From Macrostomum lignano (Eukaryota): 64,000 nucleotides of DNA. The position numbers and the translations under genes were made by a program. Shown in pieces: positions 50,052-63,704 of this stretch. Below the pieces are notes generated by a model. The model did no database searches, was not told the origin of the DNA, and was given only the letters and a program-made list of their open reading frames with translations. Position 1 is the first letter of the stretch; every line of letters begins with the position of its first letter. The DNA lies in NCBI GenBank assembly GCA_002269645.1, contig NIVC01000376.1:1-64000 (forward strand), written 5' to 3'.

Positions 50052-51790
50052 AGTCTTGATTGAGTCTTGATTGAGTCTTGATTGAGTCTTGATTGAGTCT
50101 TGATTGAGTCTGATTGAGTCTTGATTGAGTCTTGATTGAGTCTTGATTGAGTCTTGATTGAGTCTTGATTGAGTCATGATTGAGTCTTGATTGAGTCTTG
50201 ATTGAGTCTTGATTGAGTCTTGATTGAGTCTTGATTGAGTCTTGATTGAGTCTTGATTGAGTCTTGATTGAGTCTTGATTGAGTCTTGATTGAGTCTTGA
50301 TTAAATCTTGACTGAGTCTTGATTGAGTTTTGATTTAGTCTTGATTGAGTCTTGATTAAATCTTGATTGAGTCTTGATTGAGTCTTGATTGAATCTTGAG
50401 TAAATCTTGATTAAATCTTGATTGAGTCTTGATTGAGTCTTGATTAAATCTTGATTGAGTCTTGATTGAGTCTTGATTGAGTCTTGATCGAGTCTTGATT
50501 GAGTCTTGATTGAGTCTTGATTGAGTCTTGATTGAGTCTTGATTGAGTCTTGATTGAGTCTTGATTGAGTCTTGATTGAGTCTTGATTAAATCTTGATTG
50601 AGTCTTGATTGAGTCTTGATTGAGTCTTGATTGAGTCTTGATTGAGTCTTGATTGAGTCTTGATTAAATCTTGATTGAGTCTTGATTGAGTCTTGATTGA
50701 GTCTTGATTGAGTCTTGATTGATTGAGTCTTGATTGAGTCTTGATCGATTGAGTCTTGATTGAGTCTTGATTGAGTCTTGATTGAGTCTTGATTGAGTCT
50801 TGATCGATTGAGTCTTGATTGAGTCTTGATTGAGTCTTGATTGAGTCTTGAATGAGTCTAGATTAAATCTTGATTGAGTCTTGATTGAGTCTTGATTGAG
50901 TCTTGATTGAGTCTTGATTGAGTCTTGATTGAGTCTTGATCGAGTCTTGATTGAGTCTTGATTGAGTCTTGATTGAGTCTTGATTGAGTCTTGATTGAGT
51001 CTTGATTGAGTCTTGATTGAGTCTTGATCGAGTCTTGATTGAGTCTTGATTGAGTCTTGATTGAGTCTTGATTGAGTCTTGATTGAGTCTTGATTGAGTC
51101 TTGATTGAGTCTTGATTGAGTCTTGATTGAGTCTTGATCGATTAAGTCTTGATTGAGTCTTGATTGAGTCTTGATTGAGTCTTGATTGAGTCTTGATTGA
51201 GTCTTGATTGAGTCTTGATCGATTGAGTCTTGATTGAGTCTTGATTGAGTCTTGATTGAGTCTTGATTGAGTCTTGATCGATTGAGTCTTGATTGAGTCT
51301 TGATTGAGTCTTGATCGAGTCTTGATTGAGTCTTGATTGAGTCTTGATTGAGTCTTGATTGAGTCTTGATTGAGTCTTGATTGAGTCTTGATTGAGTCTT
51401 GATTGAGTCTTGATTGAGTCTTGATTGAGTCTTGATTGAGTCTTGATCGATTGAGTCTTGATTGAGTCTTGATTGAGTCTTGATTGAGTCTTGATTGAGT
51501 CTTGATTGAGTCTTGATTGAGTCTTGATTGAGTCTTGATTGAGTCTTGATTGAGTCTTGATTGATTGAGTCTTGATTGAGTCTTGATTGAGTCTTGATCG
51601 ATTGAGTCTTGATTGAGTCTTGATTGAGTCTTGATTGAGTCTTGATTGAGTCTTGATCGATTGAGTCTTGATTGAGTCTTGATTGAGTCTTGATTGAGTC
51701 TTGATTGAGTCTTGATCGATTGAGTCTTGATTGAGTCTTGATTGAGTCTTGATTGAGTCTTGATTGAGTCTTGATTGAGTCTTGATTGAA
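50052..51790. repeat. 11-bp satellite, roughly 155 copies
   Basis: (GATTGAGTCTT)n with occasional GATC/GATT insertions and TAAA variants. Confidence 0.97.
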
Positions 51791-52529
51791 TCTGGATTTG
51801 AATATTCAGAGAATTTTAATAATTTTCAGACATCCAAGAATCCACTAAAATTCTGAGTATAGATAAATTCTATTCTAACACTATTGGATTTCTCGAACCC
51901 AATTGATGAAGTTTCGAATTACAATACAAGAGATATCGCGGATAGGTAACAAATATTAATCTATATTCAAACAATATGTAAGCCTTACGGATTCGAACCG
52001 TAGGCCCTAGGATTAATATAATCCGTAGCGGAGAAATCCAGCTGGAATGCTGTCAAGTTTTTGTCAATTATTAGTGAGTCAGTTTAGCTACCAAATTTGG
52101 AATTCAGATTAACTATGTAATCCCGGTTAGGACTTAAAGCTCCGTCTCTCGCACGCGTGCAGAACCAGCAAAGCAAACAACACCTGTTTATTGTAAAATA
52201 TGTCGAAATATCTTCCCTAATAATATATTGCCATTCGTGACCTGATGAAGTGTTTGCAAGAAATTTCGACCAATCACCCCCCCCCTTGGGTTAGTAGATA
52301 TGGGCGGAAGCTGTGCCGGTATATCAGCACTCCCCACAGTAGCGCTCCTTGCCCCGAGCGTACTGAGCACTTCCCCTGATCGACGACTTCGACGAAATGC
52401 GAAGCGATGCCTCTGGAGGTGGGAGCCACCACCAGAAACTTGCCGAGAGCGCTGAGAAAAGACCGACTGAGACAGTGAGTGCGCGATAGTGATGTTATGG
52501 CGACTTTTTCTGGGTGTTAGATAAATACA

Positions 52530-54350
52530 CACCTAGAGTGGGGTGTTAGGTTAATACACACACACAAGCATCTAAATCTGGGTGTTAGATAGATACAGAT
52601 CTAAATCGGAGTGTTAGATAGATACAGATCTAAATCGGGGTGTTAGATAGATACAGATCTAAATCGGGGTGTTAGATACGCATCTAAATCTGGGTGTTAG
52701 ATGTATACACATCTAAATCGGGGTGTTAGATAGATAAGCATCTAAATCTTGGTGTTAGATAAATACACATCTAAATCGGGGTGTTAGATAGATACGCATC
52801 TAAATCGGAGTGTTAGATAGATACAGATCTAAATCTGGGTGTTAGATATATACACATCTAAATCGGGGTGTTAGATACAGATCTAAATCGGGGTGTTAGA
52901 TAAGCATCTAAATCTGGGTGTTAGATAAGCATCTAAATCTGGGTGTTAGATAGATAAGCATCTAAATCTGGATGTTAGATGTATACACATCTTAATCGGG
53001 GTGTTAGATAGATACAGATCTAAATCGGAGTGTTAGATAGATACAGATCTAAATCTGGGTGTTAGATATATACACATCTAAATCGGGGTGTTAGATACAG
53101 ATCTAAATCGGGGTGTTAGATAAGCATCTAAATCTGGGTGTTAGATAGATACAGATCTAAATCGGAGTGTTAGATATATACACATCTAAATCGGGGTGTT
53201 AGATACGCATCTAAATCTGGGTGTTAGATGTATACACATCTAAATCGGGGTGTTAGATAGATACAGATCTAAATCTGGGTGTTAGATATATACACATCTA
53301 AATCGGGGTGTTAGATACAGATCTAAATCGGGGTGTTAGATAAGCATCTAAATCTGGGTGTTAGATAGATAAGCATCTAAATCTGGGTGTTAGATGTATA
53401 CAGATCTAAATCGGAGTGTTAGATAGATACAGATCTAAATCTGGGTGTTAGATATATACACATCTAAATCGGGGTGTTAGATACAGATCTAAATCGGGGT
53501 GTTAGATAAGCATCTAAATCTGGGTGTTAGATAGATACAGATCTAAATCGGAGTGTTAGATAGATAAGCATCTAAATCTGGGTGTTAGATGTATACACAT
53601 CTTAATCGGGGTGTTAGATAGATACAGATCTAAATCGGAGTGTTAGATAGATACAGATCTAAATCTGGGTGTTAGATATATACACATCTAAATCGGGGTG
53701 TTAGATACAGATCTAAATCGGGGTGTTAGATAAGCATCTAAATCTGGGTGTTAGATAGATAAGCATCTAAATCTGGGTGTTAGATGTATACAGATCTAAA
53801 TCGGAGTGTTAGATAGATACAGATCTAAATCTGGGTGTTAGATATATACACATCTAAATCGGGGTGTTAGATACAGATCTAAATCGGGGTGTTAGATAAG
53901 CATCTAAATCTGGGTGTTAGATAGATACAGATCTAAATCGGAGTGTTAGATAGATAAGCATCTAAATCTGGGTGTTAGTTGTATACACATCTTAATCGGG
54001 GTGTTAGATAGATACAGATCTAAATTGGAGTGTTAGATAGATACAGATCTAAATCTGGGTGTTAGATATATACACATCTAAATCGGGGTGTTAGATACAG
54101 ATCTAAATCGGGGTGTTAGATAAGCATCTAAATCTGGGTGTTAGATAGATACAGATCTAAATCGGAGTGTTAGATAGATAAGCATCTAAATCGGAGTGTT
54201 AGATAGATAAGCATCTAAATCTGGGTGTTAGATGTATACACATCTTAATCGGGGTGTTAGATAGATAAGCATCTAAATCGGGGTGTTAGATGGATACAGA
54301 TCTAAATCGGGGTGTCAGAGACGCATCTAAATCGGAGTGTTAGATAGACA
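52530..54350. repeat. 25-29-bp minisatellite with internally palindromic units
   Basis: ATCTAA-ATCGGGGTG-TTAGAT-(AGATACAG) and variants. Confidence 0.95.
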
Positions 54351-54779
54351 TGCATTTAAATAAAGAAGGCACCTCAATTAAGATCACACCCTAAGCCTAT
54401 TATAGGGCCAGAACTGATTCCTAACTCTCGAACACGACAATTACAAAAGTACACAAACTTTTTTCATACTTTTTTCTAGCCACTGTTTTTTTTAATCCGA
54501 GTTCACCGCCCACCTAACTGGGCTCGAGTGCTTTCAGGCCTAACGTTCCGGTCCACTCTAGATTAATATACTCGATTAATAACTAGTAGTATATATAGTA
54601 TGTTAAGTGTTTACAGCATAGTTCTCCATTATGCAGGCAAACTGCCAAAGCTACTTAACCTTTGGCTGGCTTTATTGAGCAGAAAGTTTTGCGAAAATAC
54701 AGTGAAGCTTTAGGGAGCGGAAGTGCGTCAGTTTTTTTTGACTAGTGAGGGCTAAGGTTAATAGGAGGGAGTGCTTAGT

Positions 54780-55525
54780 TGTTTTTATAAGAGTGCCTAG
54801 TTTTTTTTTATTGAGTGCCTAGTTTTTTCCCAGGAGTGCCTAGTTTTTTGAAAGAGTGACTAGTTCTTATGCCGGAGTGCCCAGTTTTTCAGAAGAAGTG
54901 CCTAGTTCTTCGGGGAAACTGACTTGTTCTCTGGATTGACTGAGTGCCTTGTTTCTCAAAGGGAGTGCCCAGTTTCTCAGAGGGAGTGCCCACTTTTTCA
55001 GAAAGAGTGCCCAGTTTTAAAAAAAAAGAGTGCCTAGTTTTTCAAAGAGAGAGACTAGTTTTTCAAGAAGAGTGACTAGTTTTTTTAGAAAGATTGACTG
55101 GTTTTTCAGGAAGAGTGACTAGTTTTTCAGGAAGAGTGACTAGTTTTTCAGAAAGAGTGACTAGTTTTTCAGAAAGAGTGACTAGTTTTTCAGGAAGAGT
55201 GACTAGTTTTTCAGAAAGAGTGACTAGTTTTTCAGAAAGAGTGACTAGTTTTTCAGGAAGAGTGACTAGTTTTTCAGAAAGAGTGACTAGTTTTTCAGGA
55301 AGAGTGACTAGTTTTTCAGAAAGAGTGACTAGTTTTTCAGGAAGAGTGACTAGTTTGTCAGAAAGAGTGACTAGTTTTTCAGAAAGAGTGACTAGTTTTT
55401 CAGGAAAAGTGACTAGTTTTTCAGAAAGAGTGACTAGTTTTTCAGGAAGGGAGTTGCCTAAGTTTTTCAAAGAGAGTGCCAAGTTTTTTAGAGAGAGTGC
55501 CTAGTTTTTCAGGAAGAGTGACTAA
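54780..55525. repeat. 21-bp minisatellite, degenerating at its left end
   Basis: (AGTGACTAGTTTTTCAGRAAG)n; the EKLVTLS and ERVTSFS ORFs are artefacts. Confidence 0.93.
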
Positions 55526-56349
55526 GCCTGTTTTTTGGCAAATCAAGGCCAATCAACACTGCAGTCGACACCCACCGACGGCGATGCCGTCGGCTTTTCT
55601 AGAATATACAGTCAAACAGACAGAGCAGTATCCCAATGTTTACTCAGAGACTAGAGGAGCAGATGACCATTTGCAGAAGCCATCCCCTCCCTTCGCGATC
55701 CCATATTCGCTATCAAGTTCCCATAGTAATACAGGGAATGTTCACCGAGCTAACCAAACAGAGATCCGGTGAATTCTATGTAGCTTAAGAGTTCTGTCAT
55801 GAAGAGCAGTGGATCTTTACCAAGCCTGTTATCTGCAGCACCGCATGAGCAACTGAAATCTTATCTTCTGTGTTGGGCCTTCTCATACACAATATTATTA
55901 TTTCTTTTTTTTCCAATTGCAAGTGGCTCAGACCGGAGGTGCCAAGGCAGAGCCTGTAATTGCCGCCTGTAAGACGAGCGGGCGCTCTGCTTTCGGCTCG
56001 GGGCTTGCAATAGAGAAAAATTAATTGCTTTTTCTTCTCCTTGAAATCGAAGAAAAAACTTTAATTAATTTGGGAAAATGTTGTTCCAACTTGCCTACTG
56101 CAAGTAGGTCGAACAAGATGCGGGCGTATTATGTAAAAATGCTTTAAAAATGGCAAAGCAGGCAAGAAAAGTTTGCTTTAAACTCTTTGTTTTTCTGCTG
56201 AACTGATTGTACAAAATATAGTGCTGGCAAGACCTCTAATAAACATTTTTTATGTTAGTTTTATAATAAGAATGGTAGAATATCATTAGACCAAAGGTAT
56301 ACATGCGTTCTAATTATTTCCAATTAAACTCAACAGTTATTACACTGAT

Positions 56350-56631
56350 AACAATAATAGATTACACCTGTCTTAATGGCCAGATGTGCAACCGACAGCT
56401 CAGCCGCATCTGAAGGCTGCGTACGGCTGTTCAGTCCAAGGACTGGGGGGAAGGTCGCCGCACACACCCTCATACCCCAGCTAATGCTGGCACCCATTTT
56501 ACAGCTGGGTGAACTGAAGCAATGCAGAGTTGAGTGTCTTGCTCAAGGGCGCAAATTGTTCCGTGTAGGATCGGGATTCGAACCCCCGACCTTCTAGTCG
56601 TGAGTCAGAGGCTCTAATCACTAAGGCTACC
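56350..56631 (-). mobile_element. tRNA-derived SINE with a CORE/Meta-like central domain
   Basis: The minus strand begins GGTAGCCTTAGTGATT (A-box-like) and has B-box GGTTCGAATCC (56584-56574). This is followed by CCTTGAGCAAGACACTCAAC...CAGTTCACCCAGCTGTAAAATGGG, resembling conserved SINE central domains. The 3' end is approximate. Confidence 0.7.
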
Positions 56632-56662
56632 TACAAACCCCCTGTAATTAGCAGCTCGTGAA

Positions 56663-57316
56663 GGGGAGGCTTCCCAAGCGCTAATTTTCATAACCGCTAA
56701 CTCACTTACTTTCACAAGCGCAAAACTTCACAAGCGCTAAACTTCACAACCGCTAAAACACAAATGTCGCCTACTTTCACAAGCGCTAAACTTCACAACC
56801 GCTAAAACACAAATGTCGCCTACTTTCACAAGCGCTAAACTTCACAACCGCTAAAACACAAATGTCGCCTACTTTCACAAGCGCTAAACTTCACAAACGC
56901 TAACCTTTACAATCCCCAAAACACGAATGTCGGTTTCTTTTACAAGCGCTAAAATGGTAATTTACTATATATACTAATATACTAATACTAATATACTATA
57001 CTAATATACTAATATACTATTTTAGCGCTTGTGAAAGTAGACGACATTCGTGCTTAGCGTTTGTGAAGTTTAGCGCTTGTGAAAGTAGCCGACATTCGTA
57101 TTTTAGCGGTTTTTAACGTTTAGCGTTTGTGAAGTTTAGCGCTTGTGAAAGTAGGTGGTTTCGCTATTCTGAAGTTTAGCGCTTGTGAAATTTAGCGTTT
57201 GTGAAAGTAGGTGGCGAATTTGTAGCTATTGTGAAGTTTAGCGCTTGTGAAATTTAGCGCCTGTGAAAGTCAATGTCGTTAGCGGTTATGAAAATTAGCG
57301 CTTGTGAAAGCGACCC
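56663..57316. mobile_element. 654-bp foldback-type MITE
   Basis: Imperfect ~38-bp TIRs (GGGGAGGCTTCCCAAGCGCTAATTTTCATAACCGCTAA / TTAGCGGTTATGAAAATTAGCGCTTGTGAAAGCGACCC). Perfect 8-bp TSD CTCGTGAA at 56655-62 and 57317-24. Arms are built of TTCACAAGCGCTAA subrepeats around an ATATACTA core. Confidence 0.88.
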
Positions 57317-59275
57317 CTCGTGAATACTATATAGTACAAATTGTCAGCCCATAAAAACTGCGCCAATCTGTGACACGAACGCTGACCTGGGAGTCCTCGA
57401 AATTCGTGACAAATCAGGATGCATTGGGGCGATGAATTCCCAGTTGCACTGATGCAGAGCCGTGATGGAGGAAAAACGGACTTTACTCGGAGTAAAGGCA
57501 GGCCTTTATTGATTGATTTGTTCGGTAGGAGCCTCCTCAATGAGTCGCGTTAGCGTCGGGACAAACCCGGGGCTTCCGTTGGGTAGCGGCGGTCCCGGTT
57601 GCCCAAAGCTCAGAGTCTCAATCATGCATTGTTGCCGCATAGAAAAGAGACTGAAAGCTGCCCCAACTACAGGCAGTCTAATTTGCGCAGACAATTACGA
57701 TAACAAATTTTCTGCTTCAAGTTGCTCCGTCCGCGTCTCCCGGGGATCCGGAATGCCACACGGACGCTTATGATGGAGTTAAGAGTCTGAGTGAGAGCAC
57801 TTTGGATTTTATTAGTCAAGTACTCTTTTAACTTTATACGAACCACTGATTGCTTGATGAAGTCCAAGCATGTGGCATCCTGGCAGCCAGAATTTTCTGC
57901 AGAGAATCCCGTTGCGACTTCGACTTCCCATGCGCGTAAGTTTGAATGCGTCGTGAAGAAGGAAGGGCTTAGTCGAATTGCCGGGAAACCGCATTACTGA
58001 TTATAATCTGGGGTTTGGACGGCATGAGGGGGACACCAGACAGACTCAGCATCGCTAGAAGCTTCTGCAAACCTTTTTGTTGCCGTCTTACTTTGACTCA
58101 GCCGCAGGGGGTTCTGCAGGATAAAACAGGGCCGGGGAGGCCTCGCCGCCCATCCCGCTAACCCCTGGCAAACACGGGCTGGGTGATCCAGTGGTGCCGG
58201 TGTACAGGAGGTGGATGGTCGCTCGCCCTATAGCCCTCGCCCTTAGGTAGCGGACGAGCTGGTAGAGATTCTCAGGCCTGAAAACGTACTGAAGAGGTTC
58301 GTCCGGGTGTATTCAACGATAGACGCTTCTGACGGTAATTCGCTGCCTGTTGCACGAAAATTGACCAATCCACAGTCATGAGGGTCAGCCCCCGACGAAA
58401 AAGTTAGTAGAACAATACTAAACAAAACCTTATAGTCACGAACTGCAAAAAACAAAGCAAGAAAAAACACTGACAGCCCTATTGCCTACGTTTATAAGTC
58501 GATCAGCTTAGCTAGTAATATGAGCAAAATTAATCCAGAGTAGATGAAGCAGCAATCAAGTAACCAGCGATTGTGATTTTGCTTTTACAACTGCTGCAGG
58601 CTCAGCTGCGGGCAGAGCGGAAGCAGAAATGCAACTTGTACTGGAGCGGGCACAACTAAGTCCGTCTCTTCTGCAAAAAGCAACAATGTGGAAACGTCAC
58701 GCGCAGTAGCCAAATAACTTGCGGCTATCCCTCCAAAAATCATGGGAAAGCAGTCTGCCTGCCGCTTCATCCGCGCAGCTTTCATGGGACAAATATTCTC
58801 CGCTGGGTAACTGGCTGTGACCAATCGCTAGGCTCTTGGACACGGCATAGGGTTCCATTCTTGCAGAAAACTCTGCCCCCATTCCCAACCATGGCCAACT
58901 GAGTAGAGCTGCATAGAGCTTCTATTTGGATAGATAAGCTTAGATGGGAGTTGAAACTAACTAATTGATATTATATGTAAAAATAATTGAGCACAACACC
59001 TGAGCCGATAAATGGGTCACTGAGCTCGCGGTGCAGCCCATTGAAATGCATCGGACAAGACGATCGCGGTGAGAGCAAACGGAACATAATTTTGATGAGT
59101 CGTTTGCACTCTAAAAAGCTTTTTTTGATTTTTAAATCATTGAAAATTTTATCGCCAATTCGAGTTAGGAATTTTGAGCTTGAATTTTAGTTGGGATCGC
59201 AAGTAGGATTTTTCGTTTGGCAGCTGCGTCTATGAGTAGGGGCGCTATTTCATTTGAGTTGGCGCCAACACAAGG

Positions 59276-61092
59276 AGCTTTAGCACCAAGGGGCTTTAGC
59301 ACCAAGGGGCTTTAGCACCAAGGGGCTTTAGCACCAAGGGGCTTTAGCACCAAGGGGCTTTAGCACCAAGGGGCTTTAGCACCAAGGGGCTTTAGCACCA
59401 AGGGGCTTTAGCACCAAGGGGCTTTAGCACCAAGGGGCTTTAGCACCAAGGGGCTTTAGCACCAAGGGGCTTTAGCACCAAGGGGCTTTAGCACCAAGGG
59501 GCTTTAGCACCAAGGGGCTTTAGCACCAAGGGGCTTTAGCACCAAGGGGCTTTAGCACCAAGGGGCTTTAGCACCAAGGGGCTTTAGCACCAAGGGGCTT
59601 TAGCACCAAGGGGCTTTAGCACCAAGGGGCTTTAGCACCAAGGGGCTTTAGCACCAAGGGGCTTTAGCACCAAGGGGCTTTAGCACCAAGGGGCTTTAGC
59701 ACCAAGGGGCTTTAGCACCAAGGGGCTTTAGCACCAAGGGGCTTTAGCACCAAGGGGCTTTAGCACCAAGGGGCTTTAGCACCAAGGGGCTTTAGCACCA
59801 AGGGGCTTTAGCACCAAGGGGCTTTAGCACCAAGGGGCTTTAGCACCAAGGGGCTTTAGCACCAAGGGGCTTTAGCACCAAGGGGCTTTAGCACCAAGGG
59901 GCTTTAGCACCAAGGGGCTTTAGCACCAAGGGGCTTTAGCACCAAGGGGCTTTAGCACCAAGGGGCTTTAGCACCAAGGGGCTTTAGCACCAAGGGGCTT
60001 TAGCACCAAGGGGCTTTAGCACCAAGGGGCTTTAGCACCAAGGGGCTTTAGCACCAAGGGGCTTTAGCACCAAGGGGCTTTAGCACCAAGGGGCTTTAGC
60101 ACCAAGGGGCTTTAGCACCAAGGGGCTTTAGCACCAAGGGGCTTTAGCACCAAGGGGCTTTAGCACCAAGGGGCTTTAGCACCAAGGGGCTTTAGCACCA
60201 AGGGGCTTTAGCACCAAGGGGCTTTAGCACCAAGGGGCTTTAGCACCAAGGGGCTTTAGCACCAAGGGGCTTTAGCACCAAGGGGCTTTAGCACCAAGGG
60301 GCTTTAGCACCAAGGGGCTTTAGCACCAAGGGGCTTTAGCACCAAGGGGCTTTAGCACCAAGGGGCTTTAGCACCAAGGGGCTTTAGCACCAAGGGGCTT
60401 TAGCACCAAGGGGCTTTAGCACCAAGGGGCTTTAGCACCAAGGGGCTTTAGCACCAAGGGGCTTTAGCACCAAGGGGCTTTAGCACCAAGGGGCTTTAGC
60501 ACCAAGGGGCTTTAGCACCAAGGGGCTTTAGCACCAAGGGGCTTTAGCACCAAGGGGCTTTAGCACCAAGGGGCTTTAGCACCAAGGGGCTTTAGCACCA
60601 AGGGGCTTTAGCACCAAGGGGCTTTAGCACCAAGGGGCTTTAGCACCAAGGGGCTTTAGCACCAAGGGGCTTTAGCACCAAGGGGCTTTAGCACCAAGGG
60701 GCTTTAGCACCAAGGGGCTTTAGCACCAAGGGGCTTTAGCACCAAGGGGCTTTAGCACCAAGGGGCTTTAGCACCAAGGGGCTTTAGCACCAAGGGGCTT
60801 TAGCACCAAGGGGCTTTAGCACCAAGGGGCTTTAGCACCAAGGGGCTTTAGCACCAAGGGGCTTTAGCACCAAGGGGCTTTAGCACCAAGGGGCTTTAGC
60901 ACCAAGGGGCTTTAGCACCAAGGGGCTTTAGCACCAGGGCCTTTAGCACCAGGGCCTTTAGCACCAGGGCCTTTAGCACCAGGGGCTTTAGCACCAAGGG
61001 GCTTTAGCACCAAGGGCCTTTAGCACCAAGGGGCTTTAGCACCAAGGGGCTTTAGCACCAAGGGGCTTTAGCACCAAGGGGCTTTAGCACCA
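59276..61092. repeat. 16-bp satellite, about 113 nearly perfect copies
   Basis: (TAGCACCAAGGGGCTT)n; variants appear only in the last ~170 bp. Confidence 0.98.
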
Positions 61093-61299
61093 GGGACACC
61101 AGCTGTACAGAGGCTAAAATTTAATTTACTTGTACTTAACACAATTTCTGGTGTTTGTACTGGTAGAACAAAACAGCCGCAAAAACGCAAATTGGCTCCA
61201 AATGAAGCCGTTTTCAACTCAGGTTATTCAAGCAACCCTTGCATAGAAACCCACCAATTCCGCCACAGGAACTTTGAGCATGTGAGCGGCGCCCTGCCC

Positions 61300-61707
61300 A
61301 TGGACTCAGCATTTGTCGCCGGCCTCTCGAAGCTGCGCTTCGACTCGACTCGCTATCGACGCGACGACGACTTCTCCGACCGGCTGTCGCACACGTTCAG
61401 CACGGTGATCATTGTCGCCTTCTCGTTGGTGATCTCCTGCCGGCAGTACATCGGCAAGCCAATCGCCTGCTGGGTGCCGACCGAGTTCACCAGGGCACAG
61501 GAAGAGTACGCCGAGAATGTGTGCTGGGTGACCCGGACCTACTATGTGAGCACAACTGAGCAGAATGTGCCCCACCGGGAGCCGGAGCGGTACCAGACCA
61601 TGATCAGTTATTACCAATGGGTGCCGCTGGTTCTGCTGATTCAAGCGCTTCTGTTTAACCTGCCTTGTCTCGTGTGGCGCCTCTTCAACTGGCAGTCGGG
61701 AATTCAA
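61300..61707 (+). CDS. inx: Innexin (invertebrate gap-junction protein), exon 1
   Basis: MDSAFV...DDDFSDRLSHTFSTVIIVAFSLVISCRQYIGKPIACWVP...YAENVCWV...YYQWVP..LL.QALLFNLP..VWR has the innexin YYQWV signature and two extracellular Cys. Phase-0 donor CAA|GTGAGA at 61707/8. Confidence 0.95.
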
Positions 61708-61817
61708 GTGAGATTTAAACAGATTTTTTTTGTAAATATAACCCGTGGAACACGCAAAACGTTTTGCCGACTTCTATTGTTATCTTTAGAACATACGTAA
61801 AAAAAGATATATTTGGT

Positions 61818-62881
<1,064 letters not shown>

Positions 62882-63704
62882 CTACCCAACAAACAGCAAT
62901 TGTAACAGAAGTTCTTCTCTGATTATTCACTTAGCACGCATGCCAAGCGTGAATCCCAAACAGCTTCTCTAACTCTATTTATTTGCACTTTTACCTCGCC
63001 GAGGCCTCGTCAATAGCCCTCATTGTCTCAACAGATGCCGTTGGATCAGGGAAAAAAATCAGATTCAATGTGACAGATAAATCACAATTTTTTTCAACCG
63101 CAAGCACTTTATAAAAAGTTCTTCTGTTTGATCTCGTGTCGGCCGAAAGTCAGAACAGCTACGGTCAGACTGATGCGGAGGGTCCAAACTGTATAAACAA
63201 ATACTTGTCCCAGCAGCCCAGGCCAATTATGCACATGATTATCAGTTACAGGAAATTCAGCTATCATTTATCGAAGGTTTTTTTGACGCAACTGAACTGA
63301 ATTCTAACGTAGCGTTCGTTCTGATAACGTAAAGAACCGGATATTGCTACAAATTCTGCTTCTAGCACAGCTGCTTTAGCTGCGGCCAATGCTGCAAGTT
63401 AAAGAAGTAGGCACAGTCGGTGTAGCAAATTTTTAATCTAAAATTTATCCGGGACAGCTGCAGCGATAAATACATTTTTAATCGAACAGTCTGAAGGATA
63501 ACTTAAAATTAGGAGAGTTATATTGTGTAAAATTCGATCTCTTTAAACACTGAATCTATTCAGTCAATAAGGAGTTAACGTTGATCTTAAGCCTTTAGTC
63601 CAGTTGGCATGTTGGTTCTGGTAGGTTACCACCACAACCAAGATGCCAGCCTTCAGGCTTTCAAGCCTACCAACTATCAACTACCCCGACTCCTTCACCA
63701 CCAG

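Noticed and set aside
50052-51790. Reverse complement AAGACTCAAT resembles part of the Macrostomum spliced leader as I recall it
   Set aside because: It is a 10-nt post hoc match to a sequence from memory, with no SL hairpins, splice donor or Sm site.
52188-52532. GVIGRNFL motif reminiscent of retropepsins
   Set aside because: No DTG/DSG catalytic motif and no supporting context.
52530-54350. CRISPR-like or attC-like array
   Set aside because: The spacers are variants of one 9-mer rather than unique sequences, and the context is eukaryotic.
59276-61092. CTCF-like site in the 16-bp unit (GCACCAAGGGGC)
   Set aside because: It mismatches a normally invariant G of the core, and the presence of CTCF in this lineage is uncertain.
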